A stretch of DNA of 61,799 bases from Patescibacteria group bacterium. GTDB lineage: Bacteria; Patescibacteriota; Microgenomatia; UBA1400; MFAQ01. Each line of letters starts with the position of its first letter. Positions within the stretch are counted from its first letter, which is position 1. The stretch lies in assembly GCA_943355005.1 (NCBI GenBank), contig CALRDV010000007.1:1-61799 (forward strand), read 5' to 3'. Shown piece after piece: positions 40,063-48,980 of the stretch. Under the pieces are notes generated by a model that saw only the letters and a program-made list of their open reading frames with translations, did no database searches and had not been told where the DNA came from. Made by a program: the position numbers and the translations under genes.

Positions 40063-40697
40063 TATATAAATTTCTCCATCTCCCCAAAATCCTCAATCAC
40101 AAAAGTCGCTCCCAAATTCAACTGTTTTTCCTTGGCATAATATTCTTCATATCTTTTAGGGAAGTATAGTCCCGTCTTAGTCCCCGCTCTCCTCCCAGCC
40201 ATAATATCATTTTCATTATCTCCCACCATAATTGCTTCTTCCGGTCTCCCTTTCATCATTTCCAGCGCTTTAAATAGTGCTTCAGGATCCGGTTTTATAA
40301 ACTCCACATCTTCTTTACCCAGAAAAACATCCACCAAATCTCTCAAGCCATTACTCCGCAGAGCCGTTTTTACCCATCTTTTTCTGGAAGCTGTCACAAT
40401 TCCAATTTTTCCACCATTCATTTTTATATCCTTCAACATCTCATATGCCCCCGGATTAAGTTTTACTTCGTTTAATTTACCCATAATTTCCTCTTCCAAG
40501 TCGGCAAAAAACTTCCCAGAATTAGTGATACCTAATTTTGCAGGACCATCCCAGTCTCCAATCACATCTTCAGCAAACTGTTTTGTCGTCATTTCAACAC
40601 CATGCTCCGCAAATATTTTTTTAAATCCGTCAAACCATATAGGCAGTGTATCAGCCAAGCTTCCATCCCAATCAAACAAAAAATATTTGTAAGTCAT
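40062..40697 (-). CDS. HAD hydrolase, subfamily IA (PpaX/phosphoglycolate phosphatase-like)
   Basis: FDWDGSLADT, KPDPE, MVGDNENDI. Confidence 0.9.
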   Translation of the reverse strand: MTYKYFLFDWDGSLADTLPIWFDGFKKIFAEHGVEMTTKQFAEDVIGDWDGPAKLGITNSGKFFADLEEEIMGKLNEVKLNPGAYEMLKDIKMNGGKIGIVTASRKRWVKTALRSNGLRDLVDVFLGKEDVEFIKPDPEALFKALEMMKGRPEEAIMVGDNENDIMAGRRAGTKTGLYFPKRYEEYYAKEKQLNLGATFVIEDFGEMEKFI

Positions 40698-40743
40698 TAG
40701 CTATATTGTACCCAAAGAATACCAATCTAGATTATTATTAATC

Positions 40744-41460
40744 ATGGCCCTTTTTGGAAAGTATCAATTACCGTTCGCCACAGTTAAAACAACCCACTCA
40801 GAAATCGAACGCTTGCGACAGCAACTCTCAGGTCTCCAGCAGGAATACCGTCAGCTGGAAGATAGAAACGCCGAACTATCCAAAAAATTGGAAATTTCGG
40901 AAAGATATGCTTCCACCGATTTACTAACCGGCATCTCTAACCGACGAATAACTCAAGAAGCGCTTGTCACCGACCTTTCAGACGTAGAAAGAAATTACTT
41001 TGATCTTGTAGTTGCTCAAATTGATCTTGACCACTTCAAAAATGTAAACGACACTTACGGTCACGAGCAAGGCGATGCCGTATTGATCGGTTTTACACGA
41101 GCTATCCAAAAACATCTTCGGAGGTCTGATAAATTTGGACGTTGGGGTGGTGAAGAGTTTATCTTGTGCCTCCCCATGCCACCAGGAACAGAAATTTTAG
41201 GAATTGAAGATCTTTTCGAAAAGTACCAGCACGAATCGTTAACTATCAATCGTGCACCTCAAGAGCTAAGAAAACACGAGCCTCTAACAATCAGCTTAGG
41301 AGCCGTTATCATTAGATCGGGAGCCAAATACCTAGACCACCAGGAGATTCTTCGTCAAGTAGATACTGCTCTTTACGAATCCAAAAAGATTCGAAACACC
41401 TATACACTAAAAACATATCAGAAGAACTCTCCCCACCCAATACAAAAAAAATTATATTAA
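40744..41460 (+). CDS. Diguanylate cyclase (coiled coil plus GGEEF)
   Basis: TDLLTG, DLDHFKNVNDTYGH, RRSD I-site, GGEEF. Confidence 0.92.
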   Translation: MALFGKYQLPFATVKTTHSEIERLRQQLSGLQQEYRQLEDRNAELSKKLEISERYASTDLLTGISNRRITQEALVTDLSDVERNYFDLVVAQIDLDHFKNVNDTYGHEQGDAVLIGFTRAIQKHLRRSDKFGRWGGEEFILCLPMPPGTEILGIEDLFEKYQHESLTINRAPQELRKHEPLTISLGAVIIRSGAKYLDHQEILRQVDTALYESKKIRNTYTLKTYQKNSPHPIQKKLY

Positions 41461-41507
41461 TTTTCCTATTACAGATAAAAAAACCGGCCCTGTATTGGAC
41501 CGGATGT

Positions 41508-42242
41508 TCAATTGTTTCTAATAACTATCTTTCGATAAGGATAAGCCCCAAAGACCTCGTCAAAATTAGTCTCATCCACCTCAAATAGGTGAATTCTTCC
41601 ATCTTTAAAATAATTTGCAGAAATCACCAATAAAACTGTCTTACCATCAATCATCTTTTTGCTTACCACAGCAAATACATGACCCGTCCTTGTTGAGTAA
41701 GTTACAAACAAATCACCTATATTTACCTGCTCAATTTTCTTGATTACTAAAGTGCGATACCCTCGAACCGAAATGTCAGCCCAAAGTCCGGATTTAATTT
41801 CAGAAGGAATTAAGTCTTTTGCAATTTCTATCGGCTGTCCACTAATTTCGTAGAAACGCTCGTCCATGCCGGCAATCAAAGAAACAAAGCCGACACACTG
41901 AATTTTTTGACCAGGAACCCGGTTAGACAAATTATTTAGATGTCTAAGTGCTCCGTCAAATTTATTAATCAAGTTAGTATTGTTACCTATCAGCCCTAAT
42001 TCATAGTTATACCAATCCGAATTTTTCAAGTACTCACCGACTTCAGTTTTGCTTTGCGGATCGATACTATTTCCCAAATCTCTCAATTCCAACAAACTTA
42101 ATAGGAATGGATCAGATGCCAACTCTACCAAGAATCTATTCGTATCGTCCTTTTGATCAATTAACGCACTAGCTTTATGAACAGGCAAAAGCCCAACCAA
42201 GATAACTAACGAGACAATAAAAGTAATTGCTTTTTTCATCAA
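41508..42242 (-). CDS. Secreted CHAP/NlpC-like cysteine hydrolase
   Basis: Signal peptide; QCVGFV, GD.FV, GHV.AV, SAN. Confidence 0.65.
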   Translation of the reverse strand: MMKKAITFIVSLVILVGLLPVHKASALIDQKDDTNRFLVELASDPFLLSLLELRDLGNSIDPQSKTEVGEYLKNSDWYNYELGLIGNNTNLINKFDGALRHLNNLSNRVPGQKIQCVGFVSLIAGMDERFYEISGQPIEIAKDLIPSEIKSGLWADISVRGYRTLVIKKIEQVNIGDLFVTYSTRTGHVFAVVSKKMIDGKTVLLVISANYFKDGRIHLFEVDETNFDEVFGAYPYRKIVIRNN

Positions 42243-42303
42243 ACCTCTTTTCGAAATAAGTTTGTTTTAAAAGAACCTAACCATTATATAAGGCCAACCC
42301 AAT

Positions 42304-43188
42304 CTATTTAATTTGAAATTTTGTATACACAAACTTTATTAGTAAGCCCACTCCGCCAATTATAAGAAGTACAGGCAAATATACAAACATCCAAATTACT
42401 ACATCAACAATACTTCTCAGAGATCCAATCATTGATCTTACGGCGGTTTTAAATACTACAGCCGGTCTCCAAGCGTCATCCGGAGCATAAGGTAAGGCCA
42501 GTTCATCAGTCGACAAACTTACTGTAATTTTAGAAAGTTTAGCCGTTTGTGACAAAAAGTTTTGTTGACCTTTCAAATTATCGATTTGCTCCTGAATATT
42601 ATTTAACTGCATTTGAATCTGCATCAAATCTTGTACTTGTTGAGCCTGGTCTTGAATCCCCTCCATTTTAGCTTTTACTTTTTGCAGGTTTGCAATCCGG
42701 GTATCTATATCCACATATTGGTCTGTTACATCATCCCCAAAAACATTTTCAGAAACTACTTTTACCCCAAGGGTCCTAATTTCGTCCAATGCCGATTCAC
42801 GTTTTTCTGTTGGTACTCTCAATGTAATATTTCCACTGGCCGCTCCCTCCGGTTTCGATACTGACCTATTCACCATATAGCCACCCATTTCTGTCGCCAC
42901 TCTTTCAACGCTCTTTATTGTTACAGCTACATCTTTTACCAGCATAGACATATTTGTATCTTGGACTACCATTCTTTGAGTAGTTATAGTCGGTGCTGAT
43001 CCTCCCCCATAAAAGCTTCCCGAAGCAATCCCTTTGTCCATCATTGGATAAGCAATAGTACTGGATTCAGAATTTCTGACCCCGGCAGACATCATAGTCA
43101 CACTTTTCTCTTTTCCAACTAGGCCCAAAACAACAAGCACAAGCACGATCACCAACCAGTTCTTCTTCATCCAGTTTAGTGTATTCAT
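42304..43188 (-). CDS. DUF4349 domain protein
   Basis: ITLRVP, DVTDQYVD..RI.NL, C-terminal TM helix. Confidence 0.88.
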   Translation of the reverse strand: MNTLNWMKKNWLVIVLVLVVLGLVGKEKSVTMMSAGVRNSESSTIAYPMMDKGIASGSFYGGGSAPTITTQRMVVQDTNMSMLVKDVAVTIKSVERVATEMGGYMVNRSVSKPEGAASGNITLRVPTEKRESALDEIRTLGVKVVSENVFGDDVTDQYVDIDTRIANLQKVKAKMEGIQDQAQQVQDLMQIQMQLNNIQEQIDNLKGQQNFLSQTAKLSKITVSLSTDELALPYAPDDAWRPAVVFKTAVRSMIGSLRSIVDVVIWMFVYLPVLLIIGGVGLLIKFVYTKFQIK

Positions 43189-43235
43189 AAAGATACTTTA
43201 CCACATTCAATTCTCAACCTAAGTTAGAATATCTT

Positions 43236-43910
43236 ATGCAAATAATATCTCTCAAAGTTGGCGAAATGGGCACCAATTGTTACCTAGCCGTCGACGAAGC
43301 TACTCAAAAATGTTTAATTATCGACCCAGGCGACGAAGGTGATTTTATTACTACTTCAATATTAGAAAACAAGCTTTCCTCGGTAGGTATTCTTCTCACC
43401 CACGGTCATTACGATCACTGTCTTGCCGCCTTAGAATTGAAGCTGAACTTCAATATTCCAATATATCTCCACCAAAAAGACCTTTTTCTTTACAAAAAGG
43501 CGCACATCTCCGCTTCATATTGGAGTACTATCTCCCTTGTCAAAGGGAGAAGCGGCGTAGCCGAGAGGGATTTAAACTTTCATCTTCCCCCCATCGACAT
43601 TTTTCTGACAGACAAACAAAACATTCCTTTTGGTGACTCCTCTCTTATGGTTCTTCACACTCCCGGGCACACCCCCGGCTCCTGCTGTTTTTATATCTCC
43701 CCTGTCAAGGGGAGAAGCGGCGAAGCCGAGAGGGATTCTAGTCATTTATTCACCGGAGACACCCTATTTGCTACCGGCTCAGGCAAAGCCGATCGATCCT
43801 ACTCCTCACTTCCCGCCCTCAGAAAATCCATCTCAGGCATCAAAAAAGACTTCCCGGACGCCCTCATCTACCCCGGCCACGAAGATTTCGGAGTCTTCAT
43901 CAGGCGCTAG
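43236..43910 (+). CDS. MBL-fold metallo-hydrolase (glyoxalase II-like) with two in-frame palindromic inserts
   Basis: THGHYDH, TPGHTPG, FTGDTLF, YPGH. Confidence 0.92.
   Translation: MQIISLKVGEMGTNCYLAVDEATQKCLIIDPGDEGDFITTSILENKLSSVGILLTHGHYDHCLAALELKLNFNIPIYLHQKDLFLYKKAHISASYWSTISLVKGRSGVAERDLNFHLPPIDIFLTDKQNIPFGDSSLMVLHTPGHTPGSCCFYISPVKGRSGEAERDSSHLFTGDTLFATGSGKADRSYSSLPALRKSISGIKKDFPDALIYPGHEDFGVFIRR
43531..43573 (+). repeat. In-frame palindromic repeat, copy 2
   Basis: Encodes SLVKGRSGVAERD. Confidence 0.85.
43696..43737 (+). repeat. In-frame palindromic repeat, copy 3
   Basis: Encodes SPVKGRSGEAERD; compensatory T-A to C-G change in the stem. Confidence 0.85.
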
Positions 43911-43943
43911 ATTACCAAAATCACCACCATTTATGCCTATAAT

Positions 43944-43972
43944 TTGACTTATAACATTGTTTAGGATATAAT
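43944..43972 (+). promoter_or_regulatory. sigma70 promoter
   Basis: TTGACT, 17 bp spacer, TATAAT. Confidence 0.7.
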
Positions 43973-44009
43973 ACGGATGGTAAAGTAACACACCACGAAC
44001 AACCAAGGA

Positions 44010-44516
44010 GTGAAATTTATGGATCTTTCAAATCGCATCAAAATGATCGAGGCTTTTAAGGAAGGGTATTTGAGTATAAGTGCATCGTACTCTGCCCATT
44101 TACCGGAAATCATCGAACAGGCAGAAAAGATTCTCGCCTGGACTGGTGAGACTTCAGAGCTATCACCCACAGCAGGAAATTTCGGGAAATTCATCGAAGC
44201 ACTAACAGTAAGTGCACTAGTCTCAGCTCTCGAATCCAAGTCCAAAGATCTTTCCGAGGCAGGGGCAGCTGTTCTGAAGCGTTCATACGACGAAATGCTT
44301 TTAAAGATTCCTGAAGAAACCAATCAAAACGTCGCGATGTTCGAAAACGATAAAGAACTAACCTCAGATCTGGATCGTGCCGCAACTTATATGTGCAGCA
44401 TTATCGCGAACCGCAAGGGTGGCGCGGCCGCTGACGCAGCCTATCCAAAAATTATGGAAAGTAATCCGCAAACTATCTGGGACATGTTCTGCAAGTTTCC
44501 CATGATGTTGGGTTAG
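44010..44516 (+). CDS. Hypothetical helical protein (start may be 44019)
   Basis: Promoter, SD aaggag and terminator 44520..44551. Confidence 0.65.
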   Translation: MKFMDLSNRIKMIEAFKEGYLSISASYSAHLPEIIEQAEKILAWTGETSELSPTAGNFGKFIEALTVSALVSALESKSKDLSEAGAAVLKRSYDEMLLKIPEETNQNVAMFENDKELTSDLDRAATYMCSIIANRKGGAAADAAYPKIMESNPQTIWDMFCKFPMMLG

Positions 44517-44519
44517 CAC

Positions 44520-44551
44520 AAAAACGGTCGCCCAAGGGTGACCGTTTTTTT
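44520..44551 (+). terminator. Intrinsic terminator
   Basis: aaaacggtcgccc-aa-gggtgaccgtttt plus T-run. Confidence 0.75.
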
Positions 44552-44615
44552 ATTGGAAAAGTGCCCTCAAATTTGACTTAACAGTCTACCCATAGTAAAC
44601 TTATCACGCTTATTT

Positions 44616-45419
44616 ATGCCTATTTCAACCGCCTTATCAGACTACCTCACAACACTCTCACCGGAGCGAAGCATATTGGCACAAGCTCTGCTCAAGCACG
44701 ACTGGTTCAAAAATACTGATGTTGTTCTCCTGCAAGAGATTCTTTCCCTTCCTGAAGATTATCAGGGCTTTTTAGAAGATCTTGCTTCACGCCCTGACGA
44801 AATCGGAGAGCTTGATGTACTCAAGCTTACCAAAATCGGCCATGGCCATTTCTTAATCCTCCTGGTATTTGAAGTCCGTTCAAACATCACCAACCAAATC
44901 TTTACTTACGAATATGCATCCTGGAAGACGGGTAGTCGCCCCGGTGCCAGAGGCATCATTTTCCTTGAGACAGACGGCATCATTTCCCATTTTTTAGTTT
45001 CCAAGATGCACAAATTCTCCTCCACCGAAGAAGTTTTAGAGTCTATTGGTGGACTTTATCTACACATCTTCGAAAACAAGATGCAAAATCTTCCGAAGAA
45101 AATTGAGGAAGAAATCTGTTTTCACTTAGGTATAGAAAATTTAAAATTCAAAAAAATCTTTGATTTAGGCAAGGCACACCCTGACTTTGGAATGACCAAC
45201 AACGTCTCCGATCTCTACGCCGCCATTATCGATATTTCAAACCTTCCCAACCTCACCACCAAAAAAGATTTTCGCGAAACTCACAAGCCCATGGGTTTTG
45301 AACTCCAAATAATCCACATCAGTGAATTTAAAGATTATTTAAATAAAATCGAAGACAACTACTTTCTAAGCGCGGCCGCAAGAGTAATCGCCAACCCTGA
45401 AATAGATATCCCACTCTAG
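44616..45419 (+). CDS. Nudix-fold (ADP-ribose pyrophosphatase-like) protein with a degenerate Nudix box
   Basis: PGA..I, LES.GG, LG..HPD.G.T....LY.A, I.D; the box reads IEEEICFHLG. Confidence 0.6.
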   Translation: MPISTALSDYLTTLSPERSILAQALLKHDWFKNTDVVLLQEILSLPEDYQGFLEDLASRPDEIGELDVLKLTKIGHGHFLILLVFEVRSNITNQIFTYEYASWKTGSRPGARGIIFLETDGIISHFLVSKMHKFSSTEEVLESIGGLYLHIFENKMQNLPKKIEEEICFHLGIENLKFKKIFDLGKAHPDFGMTNNVSDLYAAIIDISNLPNLTTKKDFRETHKPMGFELQIIHISEFKDYLNKIEDNYFLSAAARVIANPEIDIPL

Positions 45420-45432
45420 TTTGATATAGGTC

Positions 45433-45534
45433 TTGCTTAATGTATCACGCACCGTTAAGATTCTCCTTGACTTACAAGGTTCGACCTTAAAATCTATATT
45501 TTCCCCGAAGCCACATTTAAGGCAGGCGAACCTT
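45433..45534 (+). promoter_or_regulatory. Promoter plus long leader hairpin of the HD operon
   Basis: TTGCTT, 17 bp spacer, TAAGAT; aaggttcg-a-ccttaaa...tttaagg-cagg-cgaacctt. Confidence 0.5.
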
Positions 45535-45583
45535 CCCCGCAACTCTTTCCCCTTTTTTACACAGTTTATATACTGTTTTCTTT

Positions 45584-45609
45584 TGTCATCCTCGCGTATG
45601 CGGGGATCC
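45584..45609. repeat. TGTC-type REP
   Basis: tgtcatcctcgcgtatgcggggatcc. Confidence 0.7.
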
Positions 45610-45634
45610 ATCTTAAGACTAGGAGATTATTTTC

Positions 45635-47029
45635 ATGTATTCAAATCTCGGTTCGTCTCTGCTCACTTATTGGGCAGATTTTTTGCAATTTGTTTTACCC
45701 AAATCCCATCCCCAGAAGGAGACACCACTCATGATAACCAAGTTTTACACTCCGGAAGAATTGACAGAAAAAATTAAGGAACGTGCTTTTCAACTTGAAA
45801 TGATCGACTGGGTCGATACTTATCTTCGTCCTTTGGAAAACGACGCAATCTATCTGCAAGTATGCCAAGATCGTCGATCCACAGTTCAACCATTCACCAC
45901 AATCGCCATCAAAAAGATTCTCGATGTTATGGAACCATTTGTTATTCTCGGCACCCCTGCTCACGAACTCGGTCACCATGTTTTTGATGGTTTTGGTGGT
46001 TCGGCTATTATCAGCAATGATCCGTTCATCGCCAAAGCGTATCACAATGAAATTGACTCAGCTTTTTTTGGAGCCATGCTTCATGACAGTTCAACCGGGA
46101 TTCAACATCGCTACATCGACAACGAATGGGAACTAAATCACGGAGAGATCGCTGCTTGGATTTTCTACCACATCACCGAGGGTCTTGCTATTGAACCGAT
46201 TCGTCGACTGACTGCATATGCCATCGCCGCCCACCCCCACATGTTAAAAGAAATGACAGTAAAGAATGGTGGTGTTCGCAAACCATGGAATGACAAACTT
46301 TTCTTCTATGGCGACCATCCGATTCGTATCGCTGTGTGGGTCACTCGCTGGACGGACCGTCTTGAGAATGGTGGTGACGCAGCTGCCATGCTCCCTCGTC
46401 ACGCCTTAGCTTCTCTTGATGGTGCCAGAATAAACGGTCTCGATTTGACTGGTGTCAATTGGTACTCATTCAAGGACTCAATCAAATATTTGTTTGTACC
46501 AAATGCTTCCATCATGGAAGATCAAGTACTAAACCAGGATGGTAGTCCCCAAATCAAAGACGGTCAGCCGGTAATCATGAAGTCTCCTTCAATGCTGAAA
46601 CATCTTCAGAACTATGCCAATAGTGCGACAGCCTACCCATACTCGGCTTACAATCAGCATGATCATCGTTCACCAAATATGGTGTCACTCATGGGTTGGA
46701 AAACAGCTAACTCAGCTGAGTTAATTTCCAAAGTCACCAATCGCACAGAAATTCCTGACTTCGAACTCTTTGTTCAGCAAATGAAGATGAAGTCTGGCTA
46801 TCCAAACACCCAAATGACTTTGGATACCATCGAAATGGTTCGCGAACTATGGAACCACAGCTCACCGGAAGACCAAGCTCATTGGGCAGCGGGATTTGAA
46901 TTCGCTTACGTTTCTTACTTTGATTGGTTGCATTTTTTGACCAATCAAATCGCTAAAGCTACAAATCCAACCATCATTGCCTTCCAGCCTCTCATCCCCG
47001 AGCTCATGGCTCGTGTCACCAAGATCTAA
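45635..47029 (+). CDS. HD-domain metal-dependent phosphohydrolase (alternative start 45731)
   Basis: H...H (AHELGHH), MLHD, NHGE, IAAH and TDRLE motifs; both ATGs have an aggag SD. Confidence 0.75.
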   Translation: MYSNLGSSLLTYWADFLQFVLPKSHPQKETPLMITKFYTPEELTEKIKERAFQLEMIDWVDTYLRPLENDAIYLQVCQDRRSTVQPFTTIAIKKILDVMEPFVILGTPAHELGHHVFDGFGGSAIISNDPFIAKAYHNEIDSAFFGAMLHDSSTGIQHRYIDNEWELNHGEIAAWIFYHITEGLAIEPIRRLTAYAIAAHPHMLKEMTVKNGGVRKPWNDKLFFYGDHPIRIAVWVTRWTDRLENGGDAAAMLPRHALASLDGARINGLDLTGVNWYSFKDSIKYLFVPNASIMEDQVLNQDGSPQIKDGQPVIMKSPSMLKHLQNYANSATAYPYSAYNQHDHRSPNMVSLMGWKTANSAELISKVTNRTEIPDFELFVQQMKMKSGYPNTQMTLDTIEMVRELWNHSSPEDQAHWAAGFEFAYVSYFDWLHFLTNQIAKATNPTIIAFQPLIPELMARVTKI

Positions 47030-47090
47030 AGCTTTCGAACCACCGGTCATCACTCGATCGGCCGGTGGTTCATCTTTTATTAGGAGAAAA

Positions 47091-47594
47091 ATGCATACCA
47101 TCCAGACTATTTACGATTCAATTGCAAAAGATCACCCACAGCTCTCTGCCGAGCATTTGGACGACATTCTTGCCACCCTTGAAGAATTGGAAAAATTATT
47201 TGGTGCTGAGTATTTCAACCAAGCTACGACTCTCCAAAACGTCATCAGACTGGTAGGATTAAAGTTCGAAGTTACCAACGGTATTCTCTTTGACATGATC
47301 GAAGAAGAATTGCACGGTGATGTCGAACTTCTAGATTGGGCCATGAGGAACAAAGTTAAAGTTTCAAATAAAATTGAAGCCCTAAAAAAACTTCAAGGTT
47401 CTTTCCCAGACTACCCAAACACCCACCTGAATCCATTCGTTGAAAAACTGCTTACTTTGACCATCACCACCATGACGAAGAAAGGTAATTCGGTGATAAT
47501 GAAGGGAAATTCCGTCGGAGATTTGATTATTGCCGATCCGGAAAACATGTACTACCTCATGCCAAAGCAGAATTTGAAAAAGGAGAATCCATGA
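47091..47594 (+). CDS. Hypothetical protein
   Basis: SD aggaga plus ATG 47091; stop overlaps the next start (ATGA). Confidence 0.65.
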   Translation: MHTIQTIYDSIAKDHPQLSAEHLDDILATLEELEKLFGAEYFNQATTLQNVIRLVGLKFEVTNGILFDMIEEELHGDVELLDWAMRNKVKVSNKIEALKKLQGSFPDYPNTHLNPFVEKLLTLTITTMTKKGNSVIMKGNSVGDLIIADPENMYYLMPKQNLKKENP

Positions 47595-48349
47595 AATATA
47601 TTCGAGTTGGTTTTGCTTACGCTTTTTTCTCAAACCCGTCAGTAAGTCAAGGTTTTGTTGATATCAAAGAAGGAGATAGTTACAAAACTAACGGTATCGA
47701 GATTAAACCCGACCACAAACACATCTTTGTGGAACCATTCGACAGTATGAAATGTCGAGTGACATTCAAAGAGAATTGGTTAGTAAAACTCTTCAGACTG
47801 CGTGATCTCTACTACTATTTTTTCCACGAGCCAATTCCCTATTTGACCTATCGGAACATCACCCAAAGAACCCGTCTAGTCCTAAGCAAAATCAATAGCG
47901 TAGGGTTCGATGATGGTTGGGACGACTCTTCCCATAGTTTCACCGAAATATCCGCCGACGAGTATGTGCCGGACAATCGTACCAGACGTATTTTTGACGA
48001 GCACCAGATCCTCTCCCCTGACGAATTGATTAGAGGAAAAGTCATTACCTATCACCGCTGGCACTCAGGACTTGAAAAAACAGTTCCAGAAAGGATGATT
48101 GTTCTCCAAGGCCAATTCTTCGATGAAGATTATGGATTCTCGACCTTTAAGGGGCTTATCTTACAGGAAGATGGTTTTTCTGGAGAGTTTTGGCCTACTT
48201 TGGGAGATTGCAGCGTTACACCATACGACAGCGGTTACTACAACAATCTCAGTTATCTCGTAGACACAGGTGAAACCATGACCGAGGAAGGAATAATAGA
48301 CGCGCTCCTCAGAATTAAGCCAGTTGTTGACCTTACAAAATTAAACTAA
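47591..48349 (+). CDS. Hypothetical protein
   Basis: SD aaggag; coupled to the upstream gene. Confidence 0.65.
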   Translation: MKYIRVGFAYAFFSNPSVSQGFVDIKEGDSYKTNGIEIKPDHKHIFVEPFDSMKCRVTFKENWLVKLFRLRDLYYYFFHEPIPYLTYRNITQRTRLVLSKINSVGFDDGWDDSSHSFTEISADEYVPDNRTRRIFDEHQILSPDELIRGKVITYHRWHSGLEKTVPERMIVLQGQFFDEDYGFSTFKGLILQEDGFSGEFWPTLGDCSVTPYDSGYYNNLSYLVDTGETMTEEGIIDALLRIKPVVDLTKLN

Positions 48350-48359
48350 AGGAGAAAAA

Positions 48360-48926
48360 ATGAATTCAATACTTAATCAAATCAACTCTTTGTTATACCC
48401 CTACGTCCTCGGCTTCCGCTCCGAAAACAATTGCGGCAGCTTCGTCGTCACCAACACCGAATGCACCCAGATGCGCTGTTTTGGCGAACGGAAGTGGTAT
48501 GCGTTCCTAACAACACCGGATGACAAATACAACAACCGTCTTGATGTAGTTAGTCATACTGTTGAGTTCGGCGACGACTACATCGCAGGAATGCTACCCG
48601 GCTTTCTCAAAGACGAAGGCATTGAAGACCACGTTAAAGCTTTAGTCATTCTTGACGAATGTAATCCCTACTTCCTCGCACTTCGAGGCGATCCTCAAGG
48701 TCAGTATCACTACTGCCTTACAGTAACTGATCCGATGGAAAACGTAGAGCAAAAAGTTTCATACATCTTCCCGGAGACTCAGTTTGATCTTTACGATCTG
48801 CTTCCAGAGTCCGAAACCACCAATCCGTCCCCAATGGTCGGTGGCTCACTCGGCTGGCTCGCCCATCTCTCACCTTTCGACAAAACCTTGTCGAACATCG
48901 AAGCCGCCAAAAAACGTCTCGAATAA
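48360..48926 (+). CDS. Hypothetical protein
   Basis: SD aaggag; terminator 48940..48964. Confidence 0.65.
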   Translation: MNSILNQINSLLYPYVLGFRSENNCGSFVVTNTECTQMRCFGERKWYAFLTTPDDKYNNRLDVVSHTVEFGDDYIAGMLPGFLKDEGIEDHVKALVILDECNPYFLALRGDPQGQYHYCLTVTDPMENVEQKVSYIFPETQFDLYDLLPESETTNPSPMVGGSLGWLAHLSPFDKTLSNIEAAKKRLE

Positions 48927-48939
48927 ATTATCGATTATT

Positions 48940-48964
48940 ACCCCGCCACTAGGCGGGGTTTTTT
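48940..48964 (+). terminator. Intrinsic terminator
   Basis: accccgcc-acta-ggcggggt plus T-run. Confidence 0.75.
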
Positions 48965-48980
48965 AGCTTCTCGTTTACGA

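Noticed and set aside
44010-48926. Prophage remnant
   Set aside because: Phage-like gene spacing, but no integrase, terminase, structural genes or att sites
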